This document shows, one piece after another, positions 48,036 to 59,918 of a stretch of 64,000 nt of DNA (its first letter is position 1; each line of letters starts with the position of its first letter). Origin of the DNA: Fistulifera solaris (lineage: Eukaryota); contig AP026172.1 of NCBI GenBank assembly GCA_030295235.1, positions 186,001 through 250,000 on the forward strand. The letters run 5' to 3'. Made by a program: the position numbers and the translations under genes. Below the pieces are notes generated by a model, which did no database searches, was not told the DNA's origin, and saw only the letters and a list, made by a program, of their open reading frames with translations.

Positions 48036-48213
48036 ATAATAATGATTAATTCTTCTTTTGCTTACAATGAATTGTACCAGATAGCCTTCCAAAATATTAG
48101 TTATTCAACCGCAGGATGGTTTCGTGACCAAGCAACGAGCTGCATAGACGTATTCTACTTGTATGCAATATTTCATGTTGACTGCGTGTTTATTTATTAT
48201 TCATGGCAACGAC

Positions 48214-49193
48214 TTACAAACGTCCGCCACTGCCTGCCACAAGGTTCTCTTCCTTCTTGGCTTCTACTGGCTTTCCGGTGTCAGCAACTTTTTCGTCCGC
48301 ACTGTGCCATTCCATGAGTTCGGTGACATCAAACTTGGGCTTCTTTAGCACCTTGACCTTACGAATGTAACAGTCCTTGACAGGGAAGATCGATGAGGCG
48401 TCCTTGGCGATATTGTCTCCAATGGGGGCCGTGATCAGTTCCTTCACAAGAGATTTCAAGTCACCCTTTGTTCCGAGTTCCGTCATAGTGGCGGTCATCT
48501 TGGCGCGGATGGCTCGTGCCTGAGCGGACTTGATGTAGCAAGTATTTTTGATCTGGTTCTCCTGGGGACGAGTGAAAGCAATGCAGAACATGCGGACGAC
48601 GTATCCGTCCGTTGTTCGAACATCCACAGATCCCTCAATGATGGACTGCTTCTTTCGAATCAAACTGCAAAGCTTATCGCGGGTCATGTCCATTCCGTGG
48701 AAGTTCAGCAGACAGTTGTATCCCTGAACATCCTCTACACACAAACGCACTTTTCTCCAAGCCAAAGCCTCATTCTTGTTCAAATCGGCCAAACTGACTT
48801 CAACAATACGTCCTTTCAAGTAATCCGAGGCAATCTTTGTACCTTGAGTTTTTGTGATAAGGGTGCGACCGCAGTCCTTGACCGCGAAAATGGAAGGAGC
48901 AACGAGCTTGTACCATTCCTTTTTCAAGAAAGGATCGACAGCCTTTTGCGGCTTCCCTTCTTGCTTTTCGTCAATCGCTTATTCTTTCCCTGTTCAATAT
49001 AAATGAAAAAAGAGAGAGAGGCATTAGACCGGTTCCATCGAAAGACAAAAAATGGATAATGAAGTGCAAAACGAAAGCAGTGGATAGCAAACTATGAAAC
49101 CACTCATAATGACTACATTGTGTTTCCTTTACTCCCGCTCGCCTTGTAATAGTTCTCTTCTCATACACACGAATGTTGACTTACGACTGCCAT
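48214..49193 (-). CDS. RPS3A: 40S ribosomal protein S3a (eS1)
   Basis: MAV|GKNKRL across intron 48990-49184, then DPFLKKEWY, TQGTKIAS and IRKVKVLKKPKFD. One apparent indel ~48945. Confidence 0.96.
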
Positions 49194-49580
49194 GATGAAC
49201 AACTGTGTTTGTAACTCGGATGAATTTCACAAAACAATTGCCGAAAGGTGATGAAAGCTGAACAAGAACGCCAGGAACGCACGGGGCGGTCGATTTCCTT
49301 TTTAGTAAACCGAAAAGTGATTCTGCGTCTGGCCTTGTATACGGCAGCCAGACTAATTCGGGAATAAATATTGTTACGTGATTCCGCCAACACGTACGAC
49401 GGACAAAAGATCGCACCTCCCGTACTTGTTCAACTTGAGTATCTTACGTTATGCTGACGATTGGCTGTTTGGACTGCGAGGAAAAGATTTGCAAGTCAAC
49501 TTTGCAACCAGCAGCAAACGACCGGTCTCTCTCTCTCGTTGCGTGTTCAATCAAACCTGTGTTTACCTTTCTGAAAGACC

Positions 49581-50171
49581 ATGAAGTTCTATACTCTTCT
49601 CGCTCTTCTCGGCTCTGCCGCTGCTTTCGCTCCGGCTTCTCAAACAAAGTCATCCAGCACTGTCTTGTCGGCTTGGAAAGATGATGCCGTAGTCGGAAAG
49701 ACCGCCCCGGCGGGTTATTTTGACCCCTTGGGCTTGTCAAAGAACAAGAGCGACAAAACTATGGCTTACTACCGTGAAGCAGAATTGAAAAACGGTCGTG
49801 TTGCCATGGCGGCTTGCTTGGGCTGGTACATTACCGCCGGAGGAACTCACCCAGCCTTTGGTGGTTCTCTTTCCGATGATCCTTTGAAAGCTGCCGGTGA
49901 ACTTTCTTTCGTTGGATGGTTGCAATTCATTTTTGGATGCGGTGTCATTGAATTCTTGGGTGAGAAGATCAAGGAACGTCCAGGATATGTCCCCGGAGAT
50001 ATTCTTGGCGCCAGCTTCTGGGTTGACAACAGCGATGAGGGTTGGGTCATGTACCAAAACAAGGAGCTCAACAACGGTCGCCTTGCTATGCTTGCCTTTG
50101 TTGGTATCCTCACTCAGGATATCCTGTACGGAAACTATGGAGATATGATCTTCAAGCCTTTGGTGAAATAA
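49581..50171 (+). CDS. Light-harvesting fucoxanthin-chlorophyll a/c-binding protein (LHC family)
   Basis: AAAF-AP presequence, FDPLGL, REAELKNGRVAM and KELNNGRLAM. Single exon. Confidence 0.95.
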   Translation: MKFYTLLALLGSAAAFAPASQTKSSSTVLSAWKDDAVVGKTAPAGYFDPLGLSKNKSDKTMAYYREAELKNGRVAMAACLGWYITAGGTHPAFGGSLSDDPLKAAGELSFVGWLQFIFGCGVIEFLGEKIKERPGYVPGDILGASFWVDNSDEGWVMYQNKELNNGRLAMLAFVGILTQDILYGNYGDMIFKPLVK

Positions 50172-50371
50172 ACTGATATTTACTTATGATCCTGTCGTGA
50201 TGGTAAATTGATTCTGTTTACTAGAAGGATATAATACACCTGCTCGCTGGAGCTAGGACCCTAAATACAAGCTGCGCTGTGTTGTGTAATACGCTAGAAT
50301 CTAGATGAAACAATTCTCGCACTTTGTAAACCGTGAGGGTGGGTACGACTTCCAGCAGAAACGCCTTCCGA

Positions 50372-51138
50372 TCATTGTATCTCAGCCGTTCCGCGTGTAG
50401 CATCTTGGAGTTCCTCCCGCAGTCGCACTTCATTTTCTTTTTCGCATGTGATGTCGATCGACAAGGTTCCGTCCACTCCATACTCGTCATTCGATGTTTG
50501 TCCTCCGCATTTGGCTGCCAATTCGTAGACAACTCCTACGAAGCTGGCTGGCACTTTGACATGCACTGTGATTTTGGGTGTGAGGACTAGGATGGGCGCT
50601 TCACGCAACGTTTGTCGCGCCGATGCTCCGTACGCTCGAATCAATCCACCGGCGCCGAGTTTGACACCACCAAAGTAGCGCACGACGATACAGATTGTAT
50701 CCGACAAGAATTCTCCCTGAATGGCACCCAGAATCGGTAGTCCGGCCGTGCCCGTCGGTTCACCGTCATCCGAACATCGCTCCGTCACAGGATCGGTACC
50801 TCCACGATAACCATAACACCAATGTCGTGCTTTGGGGTGTTCTTTTTGATGTGCTCTAAATATTTTTGTGCTTCTGCCCACGAGTCGACGTGACTCGCAT
50901 ACGCCAGAAACCGACTTTTCTTCATTTCGTATTCGGTTACACGTGATCCTGGTGCCAGAGTTCGTATCTCCTCCGTTTTGGACATAAAGAACCGCCGCTG
51001 TCGTCGTGCGAGGCTGCTATAACTCCTTGGACGACCGGTTGAGAAGGCGACAAGGATTGTCATTTGGGTGCTCCAGCATAACATTCCCCAAAGAGTGACG
51101 CCAGCGAATATGCGATTGTTATAAACGTTATAAATCAT
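50372..51138 (-). CDS. IMPACT/YigZ family protein
   Basis: KKSRFLA, HPKARHWCY, SDDGEPTGTAG.PIL and VVRYFGGVKLGAGGLIRAY. Indel in an A-run ~50845. Confidence 0.9.
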
Positions 51139-51244
51139 ACTATTCTTGTCATGGGTTCACGTAATCTTAAGTTTCGCGTCAGTCGAGTACTTGAAATCAG
51201 ATTTTTATTGTTGTTCAAATGATTATGTTGTTGTTGTCGTCGTC

Positions 51245-52212
51245 GTTCCAGAAATTCTGGAACGATTAGTTTGTGAACGTTCCAGAAATTCTGGAATAAG
51301 GTGTATGGGTCATACAGAAATTCTGCTGTAGATCCAGAAATTCAGGACCAGGTGTGTTTTGAATCATACAGAAATTCTGTTTTAGGTCCAGAAATTCTGG
51401 ACCAATTCTGGATTCTGGACCATCGGTGTTGGCGATCATAGAGAAAGTTTGTGGTCGTTCCAGAAATTCTGGACCATCGTTGTTTGCGATGATACAGAAA
51501 TTCTGTGGTATTCCCAGAAATTCTGGAGTAAGGTGAATGGGTCATACAGAGATTCTGGAATCGGATTTTGGGTCATAGAGAAATTTGGTGTAGGGTCTAG
51601 AAATTCTTGAATAAAGTGATACGGGTAGTACAAAAATTCTGTGTATCGTCCAGAAAATCTGCAATCGATGTTTTGGGGTTTTGGGTCGTACAAAAGATCT
51701 GTGGACGTTCCCAAAAATCTGGAATTTGATTTTGGGTCAACCTGAAGATCGGTGGACGTTCCAGAAATTCCGGAATTGATGTTTTTGGACGTACAGATGA
51801 TCTGTGTAATGTCCAGGAAATCTGGAATCGAATTTTGGGTCAAACGTAGATTCGAAGTTACGTCTAGAAAATCTGGAATCGGATTTTTGGTCATACAAAA
51901 GATCTGTGGACGTACCGGAAAATCTGGAATTTGATTTTGGGTCAAACTTAATAAAATTGGTGCACTGTCCAGAAATTCTGGAGTTGATGTTTTTGGTTAT
52001 ACAGAAATTCTGTGTATCGTCCTGAAAATCTGGAATCGGTTTTCGGGTCATGCAAAAGACCTGTGGGCGTCCCAGAAATTCTGGAATCGAATATTGGGTC
52101 ATACAAAAGATCTGTGTGCGTTCCAGAAATTCAGGAAACGTTGTTCGTCGGCTAAACAGGAAATTTCCAGAATTTCCGAAGAAGGTGTGTTTGATGCTAC
52201 AGAAAATCTGTG
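51245..52212. repeat. Degenerate ~52-bp tandem array; each unit holds two quasi-palindromic cores (CCAGAAATTCTGG and ACAGAAATTCTGT)
   Basis: About 35 cores counted by eye. A-type e.g. 51248, 51282, 51388, 51460, 51514, 51761, 51969, 52072; B-type e.g. 51368, 51494, 51630, 52001. B-to-A spacing is ~20 bp and A-to-B ~31-34 bp. Confidence 0.92.
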
Positions 52213-52496
52213 GATTAATCATCATTCGGGACGTTACCTGTTACTCAAATGTCTGAACAATCACAATCAGCATACTTATAATTATATTGTACTAATGAAA
52301 CGCATACCGGTACCGGTACACGGGTAAAGAAAACATCGCCAAAAGAAAAACACGACGAAAAACAACGCCACGCTTATTGTTCTCGCCATTGTGGCTGCAT
52401 TTACAGTATTTTATTTGCATTATTTGTTTCTCGTCGTTCTATCACTCAAAGTCATTCCTACAACCACGGCGACAACGCTTGTCACCCGCTTTTACA

Positions 52497-54636
52497 ATGA
52501 ATGAAGAAGGAGAAGCATCACCTTCGCCCGAGGCGACTACACGCACCACACCTCGCGATGCATTGTCTTCACCAAAAGAACAAGCCACTGTTGACGACTT
52601 TCTGTACGGCATCTCATCATTCGATGCGATAGTGAAACCTGTCTTTGTTACAATGATCTTGGCGGCTCTTTCTTCTGTGTACGTTAGTACCCCCGAGTCG
52701 AGACAAGAAGGCGAAGAATCACTCTCGAAGTCTTACACAGTCTTACAAGGATCCGAAGATGACACGGACGGCCAAAAGCTGGGACAGAGTCTCGTGAACG
52801 GTCTTGTCATTGTACTGGTCATTACTGTCATGACCTTTGTGATTGTACTGTTGTACAAATATCGATGCATGAAACTTTTGATCGGATACATGATTGTCGC
52901 CATTACGAGTTTACTCGGTTTCGTCAGCTCGGAAATGTTTACTATTGCCATTGAACGCTATTCACTGAAGATTGATCGCGCCTCGTACGCCATCACCATT
53001 TATAACTTTGCCTTGGTCGGAACAATATCACTCTTTTTTTGGTCGAGGTATACCGGCTTACATTTCACAATGCTACTTGATCGCCATTTCAGTCATTGTC
53101 GCTTGGCAATTGTCCCATTTTGATCCGTGGACTGGTAAGTTCGAGTTGATTATAAAACATCTTGTGTTTTATGCACACGATCGCACTCACTGATACATCT
53201 CCTCTGTTGGATCTCTGTTGGATATAGCCTGGGTACTCCTGATCTTATTAGCATTGTACGATCTGTTTGCTGTTTTGTCCCCATGTGGGCCATTGAAAGC
53301 GCTGGTGAATTTGATGAGTCAGTCCGATGCGCCACATTTACCTGGGTTACTATACGAAGCGAATTTAAAGGTGGGACAACAGCAGCAGCAACAACAGCAA
53401 ACACAAGCGCAAACGCAAACTCAACAACTCGCTCCAGTATCCGATCATATTGCGAAGTCGACGTCAACCAGAAATGAAAGTAATACGACAACAGATGACA
53501 AAGTTCAATATCCAACAATTCCCATTCAGAATATGTCAAACACACGCACCCATAACTTTGCAAGTACTACGATGACCAATGTTTCGTTTTCGAATGAAGA
53601 TGTCTCCGAGGAAAAGAAGTCAGAGGATGTGGTGGAGGATGGCAATGTCGAACACGGGAAACGTTTTTGTGGAACGATCCCTTTGGGATTGGCAATCCGC
53701 TGCCAAGTGCCACTTGCGAATGGACAAGTGAACACAGCGGATGCGTTCAACGCTGAGGAATTGCAACAACCCATAGAGGTGATTTTTTCAGAGAATGGAC
53801 CTTTCATAACCCTCCACGATCGACAGTCCGATGGGGAGCCGCTTCGATACAATGTACTTGATTCCGACAACAATTTGCTGAAAGTTGTGTTTGTTGATGA
53901 CCATGGGCGAGTCATGGAAGATCGACGTCACTTGCGGCAAACGGGGTCGATCCCATTGGCGATTGCGAAGCTCAACAAACTCCGTTTCGTACATGGACCT
54001 CAACCTAGCTGGATCCGACGAGCCGAACATCCTACCGACGACAATATCCCGGGCGACACTTGGACATCAGAGGAACTACAACGTGACGTTGAGGTCTTCT
54101 TCCCCAAAGGATGGCAAATCGTACGACACGTGGAGCAGCGAGAAAATGAGGCCACTCGGTATGCCGTAATTAAACCGGATGGCAGTATTAAACGGATTCT
54201 GTTCGTGAGCAACGAGGGGAAAGTATTCGAGGATCGAAGAGATAAGAATAAAAAAGACGACAGTGATCAGAAAGAAGGGAGAGGCTCGATTCGATTGGGT
54301 CTGGGTGACTTCATTTTTTATTCTATTCTTGTTTCCAAAGCAGCGCACTACAGCTTTACAACCTTTGCGGCTTGTGTACCAGCTATTCTCATTGGATTGG
54401 CGCTCACACTAGGCATTTTGGCTTATCATGGGCAAGCCTTACCAGCCTTACCTATTTCAATTTTCCTCGGTGTTACCTTCTACTTCATAACACGGTATTC
54501 CGTGCAACCCTGGTAAGTTCCTTGCAGATGTTGATCATGTCTTGTCATCCAGTCTTATAGTTTCTCATATTGCTGGTTTTTATCCGTTGATGTCCATAGG
54601 GTCGAAGATGTCTTCATTCAGGCCTTGTATGTCTGA
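52497..54636 (+). CDS. PSEN: Presenilin (GxGD aspartyl intramembrane protease, gamma-secretase catalytic subunit)
   Basis: [35 protein letters not shown] and PALPISI. Introns ~53135-53228 and 54513-54599. T-run indel ~53040. Confidence 0.95.
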
Positions 54637-55117
54637 CAGCATCCGTCGTTGCTTACATTTAAGAAACCCTAGATGAAACATAGAGTGCCCCGAGATACCT
54701 CAACTCTTTAAAAAATATGATTGAGCTGAAAAACACGACGGACAATGACGTGACGCTTTGCTAATTGTTAGGCTGATAGAAATGCTTTCGGGGCAGGTGT
54801 AACTCGTAAAATCAAATGCAACTTGGTGAAAGCTGAGAAGCAAGTTAGCACCAACAATAACCTAATCAACGGTATAACGATCCGAAGTAGTAGGCGAGTA
54901 ATCCGTGCAAAAAATAGCCTATTTAGGTTTTGGCTTGGTCGTTTTTAGGTGACACTTTTCAATGTAGCTCATGACTGAATTTTAGTCGTGGACAATAGTT
55001 GCATACACTTTGGACCATAGTAATTTTGCAATGCGACCCGAGACCGCAGACGATGATGATGATTGTTTTCTGATTGTTTTCACAACATGCGATGATGGTA
55101 TGAACAATGCCATTGTC

Positions 55118-56068
55118 ATGTCAGAAGGGTATGCGTCTCGATTAAAAGATTATCCCAACAAGGGGGAAGTGCGGGCTCCCGGAAATGCTCGATACCCGTC
55201 GGAGCTTGACGCAAAGGTGAAAAAACTCGCCCAACTCATCGAAGCTTCGAAGCGCGTAGTCGTCTTAACTGGAGCCGGAATCAGCACCAGCTGTGGTATT
55301 CCTGATTTTCGTGGTCCCAATGGAATATGGACGATCGAACAGAAAGAACAAAAGACGGCAAAGAGAAGAAAAATGACAAAAGACAAAGTAGTATCCACCG
55401 CTTCGTCGTCGTCAACGAGCCAGGAGTCCATGAAACGGCCGAGGCAGCCAGTGTTAATGGACTTTTCTCAGGCTAAGCCGTCTCGTACACACAAAATCAT
55501 CACAAAACTAGTAAACACGGGTCATATCCACTTTTGCATCACACAAAATGTCGATGGGTTGCATCGAAGATCTGGTCTGAGCAGAGGAAAGCATGCCGTG
55601 TTGCACGGATGTGTCTTTACAGAAAAGTGCGAAGATTGTGGAGCCGAGCATTTTCGTGACAGTGATGTCGGTGGGATGAGTTTCCAAAAGACAGGAAGAC
55701 AATGCGACAACTGTGGGGGCGATTTACGAGATACGCTTTTGGATTGGGAGGATCCGCTTCCGGAGGATGACTTTGCGAAGGCTACGGAAGAATGTGAAAC
55801 CGCTGATCTTGTAATATGTTTGGGAACGTCATTGCGGATTGAACCTGCTGGAAGTCTTCCTACTTATGCAAGGAAATTTGTGATTATAAACATGCAAGAA
55901 ACCCCGTACGATTCTCAGGCGGATCTTGTCATTCGGGGCCGCGTTGATGATGTCATGGATGAAGTCATGAAGTTGCTAGGTTTTGGGAATTGGGAAGAGT
56001 TTGATGTACCGCCACCCATTGAGCGCATCTTTCTTCTTTCAAAGGGTGATACCAAGAGTCCTGAATGA
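55118..56068 (+). CDS. NAD-dependent deacetylase, class IV (SIRT6/SRT1-like)
   Basis: N-terminus MSEGYASRLKDYPNKG, then GAGISTSCGIPDFRGPNGIWT, TQNVDGLH, LRDTLLDWED and LGTSLRIEPA. Confidence 0.92.
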   Translation: MSEGYASRLKDYPNKGEVRAPGNARYPSELDAKVKKLAQLIEASKRVVVLTGAGISTSCGIPDFRGPNGIWTIEQKEQKTAKRRKMTKDKVVSTASSSSTSQESMKRPRQPVLMDFSQAKPSRTHKIITKLVNTGHIHFCITQNVDGLHRRSGLSRGKHAVLHGCVFTEKCEDCGAEHFRDSDVGGMSFQKTGRQCDNCGGDLRDTLLDWEDPLPEDDFAKATEECETADLVICLGTSLRIEPAGSLPTYARKFVIINMQETPYDSQADLVIRGRVDDVMDEVMKLLGFGNWEEFDVPPPIERIFLLSKGDTKSPE

Positions 56069-56111
56069 AGTTGCGAAAGTCATTTGATAAAAGTAAATAA
56101 ATAACGTTTAC

Positions 56112-57910
56112 TTAAGTGCTACTTTGAGGCTGCTCTAGTTCCCGAGTCTCAGTTTCCCCACGAGTCGAAGAATCTTGATCTGCGTGAGCAACCGGATTTT
56201 CAGTGGCAGCTGTCGTTTCTTCGGCTTCAGCGTTGGGCGATTCCTGGTCGACATTCTCGTTTTCCATGGATTGCTCTACAGAGTCAGAGACTCGAATGCT
56301 GTCAAGGTAGATCTCATAGAAGCGTCGCGCTCCTTCCTTATTTCCTAACGCAGCTTCCAACGAACCTCGCAAATAAGGATCAATTGTTTGTGAATACATC
56401 GATTTGAACTTCGCTGCTGCTTCGCGCAGCTGAGCGGCTTCTCCGCGAAAGCCAGGTTTCAGCACAGCTCGTTCATTGTCCATAAGTTCCTTTTTAATTT
56501 CGGCTAGAAGGCTCTCCAAAGTACTTCGCAATTGACCGAAAATACCAGGTAACAGGCAGCGTCGTAGTTCGTTTAAACCCATCAGTATCGCATTCACGAA
56601 CCGTGCCAGCGGTGGAAAGGCGAGCAACGCACGCGGTGGCGCCAATGGGCCACCCAATTCTGGCAAAGAGTCGAGTGCCTGATCGGCTTCCATTGCCTCA
56701 AGGGATTGACTCACCAATGGCGATGCTACCCCGGCATCTCGACAAATTCGCAACGTTTCTCGCAATTGCTCGAATCCTTGCGTCCAAATGGAATCCACCA
56801 ACGAAAGCATTTTGGGTTCAAACACTTCGGGCAACCGAGCGGTAAAATCCGCGCCTAATCGACCCATAGAATTGGCAAAGAACACAGACGCTTCGAGTGC
56901 ATCTCTCAAGGAGGCCGAATCCTCCATGCGCGACAATTCCAAACGGAGCAAATCCATGAAGGAACGCACGCGCCGTGCTATCCACATACTTAACAATGAC
57001 ACCGAATCGCGTGACGACTGTGTTTGTGCACGAAATATTGCATTGTACTGCGTCGCCACTTCAAACACGCTGTTCACGTCGTCATTGCGTGAGAAAATTT
57101 TTAAAAAAAGACTGACAAGACAACCATGACGCACTTACCGAGTTCGGTATCGCTCGATCGCGTCCAACAACTGCTCATTCATCGAAGGACTGTTTCCCCG
57201 AGACATGACTTCGGTCGATTTGGTCTCCAACCACGCATCACGAGCTTCCAGAAAGTCCACTTGCAAGCGCATTTCCATGCTGGCGTGCACGCGCTCAATG
57301 TTAATGTCCGATCGACGTTCCAAATCAATCGAATTCAAGCGTCGCAGTGCAGTCACAATTTCCAAACATTGCGGCATGGTGACCGATACTTTCATACGCT
57401 GCAGCAAATGTCGACGGAGATCGTCTTGACGCGAACGAATTTGCGAAATGACCTGTTGCAAAACAGGATTGTGATCGGGATGGTGACGACGTTCCAGCGT
57501 GTTGGCGAAAGAAGCCACTTGCAAAGCCTCGTCGTATAATTCGAACGGACGCAGGCGTCCATGAGTGAAGGCAATTCGAGTAATTCCAACAGTGACGAAT
57601 GCTGCAAGAGCGTCCGACGACGAACGCGATGACGTTCCGACAAGACCGCTAGAGATGTGCTTCCCTCGTCCGAAGACGGATCCAAATGAGCCTGTACGGA
57701 TTCAATCTTTGTATCGATGACTTGTTGAGTGGCATTTAATAATTGTTGAAGAGCTTCTTGCAAAGCCCGACCGCGGCGTTCGACTGCGACAAAGGTCCCC
57801 GCGTACGAGGCACACAGTGATTGGAGTTGCTCCCCCGATGCTTCGAGAGCGGCTGTAGCAGCTTCTCGTTCGTCCAGTTCACTTCCCGCTGATGATAAGA
57901 TATCAGTCAT
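56112..57910 (-). CDS. COG8: Conserved oligomeric Golgi complex subunit 8 (COG8/Dor1)
   Basis: LLELLELPSLMDACVR, ATQYNAIF, SMGRLGADF and PPLARFVN..LNELRRC. Intron with donor at 57138. Indel ~57540. Confidence 0.9.
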
Positions 57911-58705
57911 TGTTCATAGAAAATGAGAAAGCAAGAGTTTGAAGGAGATATTACCATTTATAGTCTTTGTTATGATTTCATGTGTTGTGAAGGAGCCCGC
58001 AAATTACAAACACCCGCAACGGCAACCAACTTTCACTACAAAGGTTAATGTTACAAAAAGTTGGCTACGCAATTCGATTTCGACAACCCTTCAACTAAAA
58101 TTCTTAGCCGACCTGACGGCATTTTTGATAAAACTCATTCATTACAAAAGTTGCTAAGATAGCTGCATGCTACTTGCGTAATTTGAGCTAGCATTGTTTG
58201 GAGAACAGGCGGATGTTAAGCCTCAGTGATGACATTAATTCATGACTGGATGCAGTCGTGGTTTCCTAGGCCCCACACTTCGTTCTATACAAAGTAGCTC
58301 GCACATTCTTTACGAATGATGCCAAAATAGCTGCATACTGCGTATGTATTTAAGCTCTATTGCTAGGAGAACGGGTGGAAGATAGTGTGCATGGACTCAG
58401 ATTCCGATGTCGATGGGACCCTGATTTTGTTCATTATTCATTATCGATCACATCCATTTGGGGGTCTACAGGGCTGAAATTAGATTGTAGCTTTCTCCAG
58501 CACTGTTGATGGATAGCACATACTAGTAATCGACTTAAATTTTGTCATTCAAACAGGAAAAGATGAAAGGCGCAACGGTTCGAAAGGCTACGGTACCTGG
58601 TACTTGTACGTGGATTCCACGTTGGCCTCGTAGGGAAAGTATCGCCAAAGGGACACCCGGATATTGGTCGTTTTTCGTTGCAATGAAAACAAAAAGCTGT
58701 CACAA

Positions 58706-59317
58706 ATGGCAAAGACACAAATCTATCGACAATTCACGTACCCACGAAACCAAAATATGTTGCTGAAATCTAACATTTGCTTTCAAACGAAGGTCAAAGA
58801 CGGATCGGCGGTTCCGGTCCATTACGGATCTTGTACAACTCCATTTGGAGAGGCGACTCTTTTTGGGATCATCAACACGCTTTGTGTGGCTTGCACCAGG
58901 GTGATCCGCATCAAGCAATGCAAATAGCTCAGAACCAATGGAGTCTCGTGCCGCAAGGAAAGTCGAATTCAGCAACGGCATCCCAGATCCTAAATGTTAT
59001 TTTAAACGACAGTGTGAGTGAACCCCTGACTGTGCGATTGAAGGGTACTCCGTTCCAAATCAGTGTTTGGAAGGCATTGATGGACGTTCCCTTTGCTGAT
59101 ACATGGACTTACCAACAACTGGCTCGACACATTGGAAAAGAAAAAAGCTGTTCGGGCAGTAGGGACAGCCGTTGGCAAAAATCCGCTCCCGATTGTCATT
59201 CCTTGCCATCGCATCGTTCGTGGCGATGGTTGTATTGGCAACTACAATGGTGGTATAGAACGCAAGCGGAAAATTTTGGACTGGGAAAAAGCAAACATGC
59301 AAAACGCTCTGCAGTGA
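58706..59317 (+). CDS. Methylated-DNA-protein-cysteine methyltransferase (Ogt/MGMT)
   Basis: TPFG, GTPFQISVWKAL..VP...TYQQLA, AVRAVGTAVGKNP and PCHRIV active site, YNGGIERKRKIL. Two apparent indels (~58863, ~59143). Confidence 0.88.
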
Positions 59318-59332
59318 AAATCTATTATTTAT

Positions 59333-59918
59333 TCACACCAGCGCTTGCTGATCCTCTGGCAATAATTCCTTGATATTGTCGGGGACTTTCAACCGTCTCT
59401 GTTCCGGTGTCAATAGCAAATAACGAGCTCCCAATTTCCTTAATTTCTGTTCTGTATGCTGTAATGTATTGACACGGATATCTCGAAACATGGCAGCATA
59501 ATCATCTCCATGCTTCGCCATGCACTTTTGAATGTATTCTTCTTCGTCCTTGTCGAGCGGATGTTTTTGTCGAAAGGACGGTGCATCGGAATCGGGAATA
59601 TCAAACAATTCAATGATATCCGGGGCTCCCGTAGGTTTCGTTTGTCCCTGCTGATGATTCGGCTTGGCCACCAAACCCAAAGCTTGCAAATTGGCGGCCG
59701 GTGACAAACTCGCATTCCATTTTTCTTTCAATTCTTTCGCGACTTTGGGATTGGGATCCCAGCGTACCCATGATCGGTTCTGTCGTACAAAACATAGCAG
59801 TTGCGTGAGTTACTGAAAACCCATATACTATTATCATTTTCGACCAAGAACACACCTTAAGTTTTGTTCTTCCATAACGACCAGCTCTTCGTTTCTTCGT
59901 GTGTCCGTGTTTGACCAT
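59333..59918 (-). CDS. NOP16: Nucleolar ribosome-biogenesis protein Nop16
   Basis: W..SLSPAANLQALGL and KHGDDYAAMFRDIRVNTLQHT..KLR. Intron ~59780-59855. Confidence 0.82.

Noticed and set aside
48990..49184. Possible intronic snoRNA in the long RPS3A intron (and HSP70 intron 21515-21656)
   Set aside because: I found no properly placed C (RUGAUGA) and D (CUGA) boxes and no clear H/ACA structure on the sense strand.
51245..52212. CRISPR-like appearance of the palindromic array, and ORFs within it (51436-51945, 51737-52225)
   Set aside because: The cores are only 11-17 bp and degenerate, the linkers are related to one another rather than unique spacers, there are no cas genes and the host is eukaryotic. 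The ORFs simply translate the DNA repeat.
31239..56068. Two sirtuins, two LHC genes and two intramembrane proteases as a functional cluster
   Set aside because: The pairs belong to different subfamilies and are separated by unrelated housekeeping genes, consistent with chance in a gene-dense genome.
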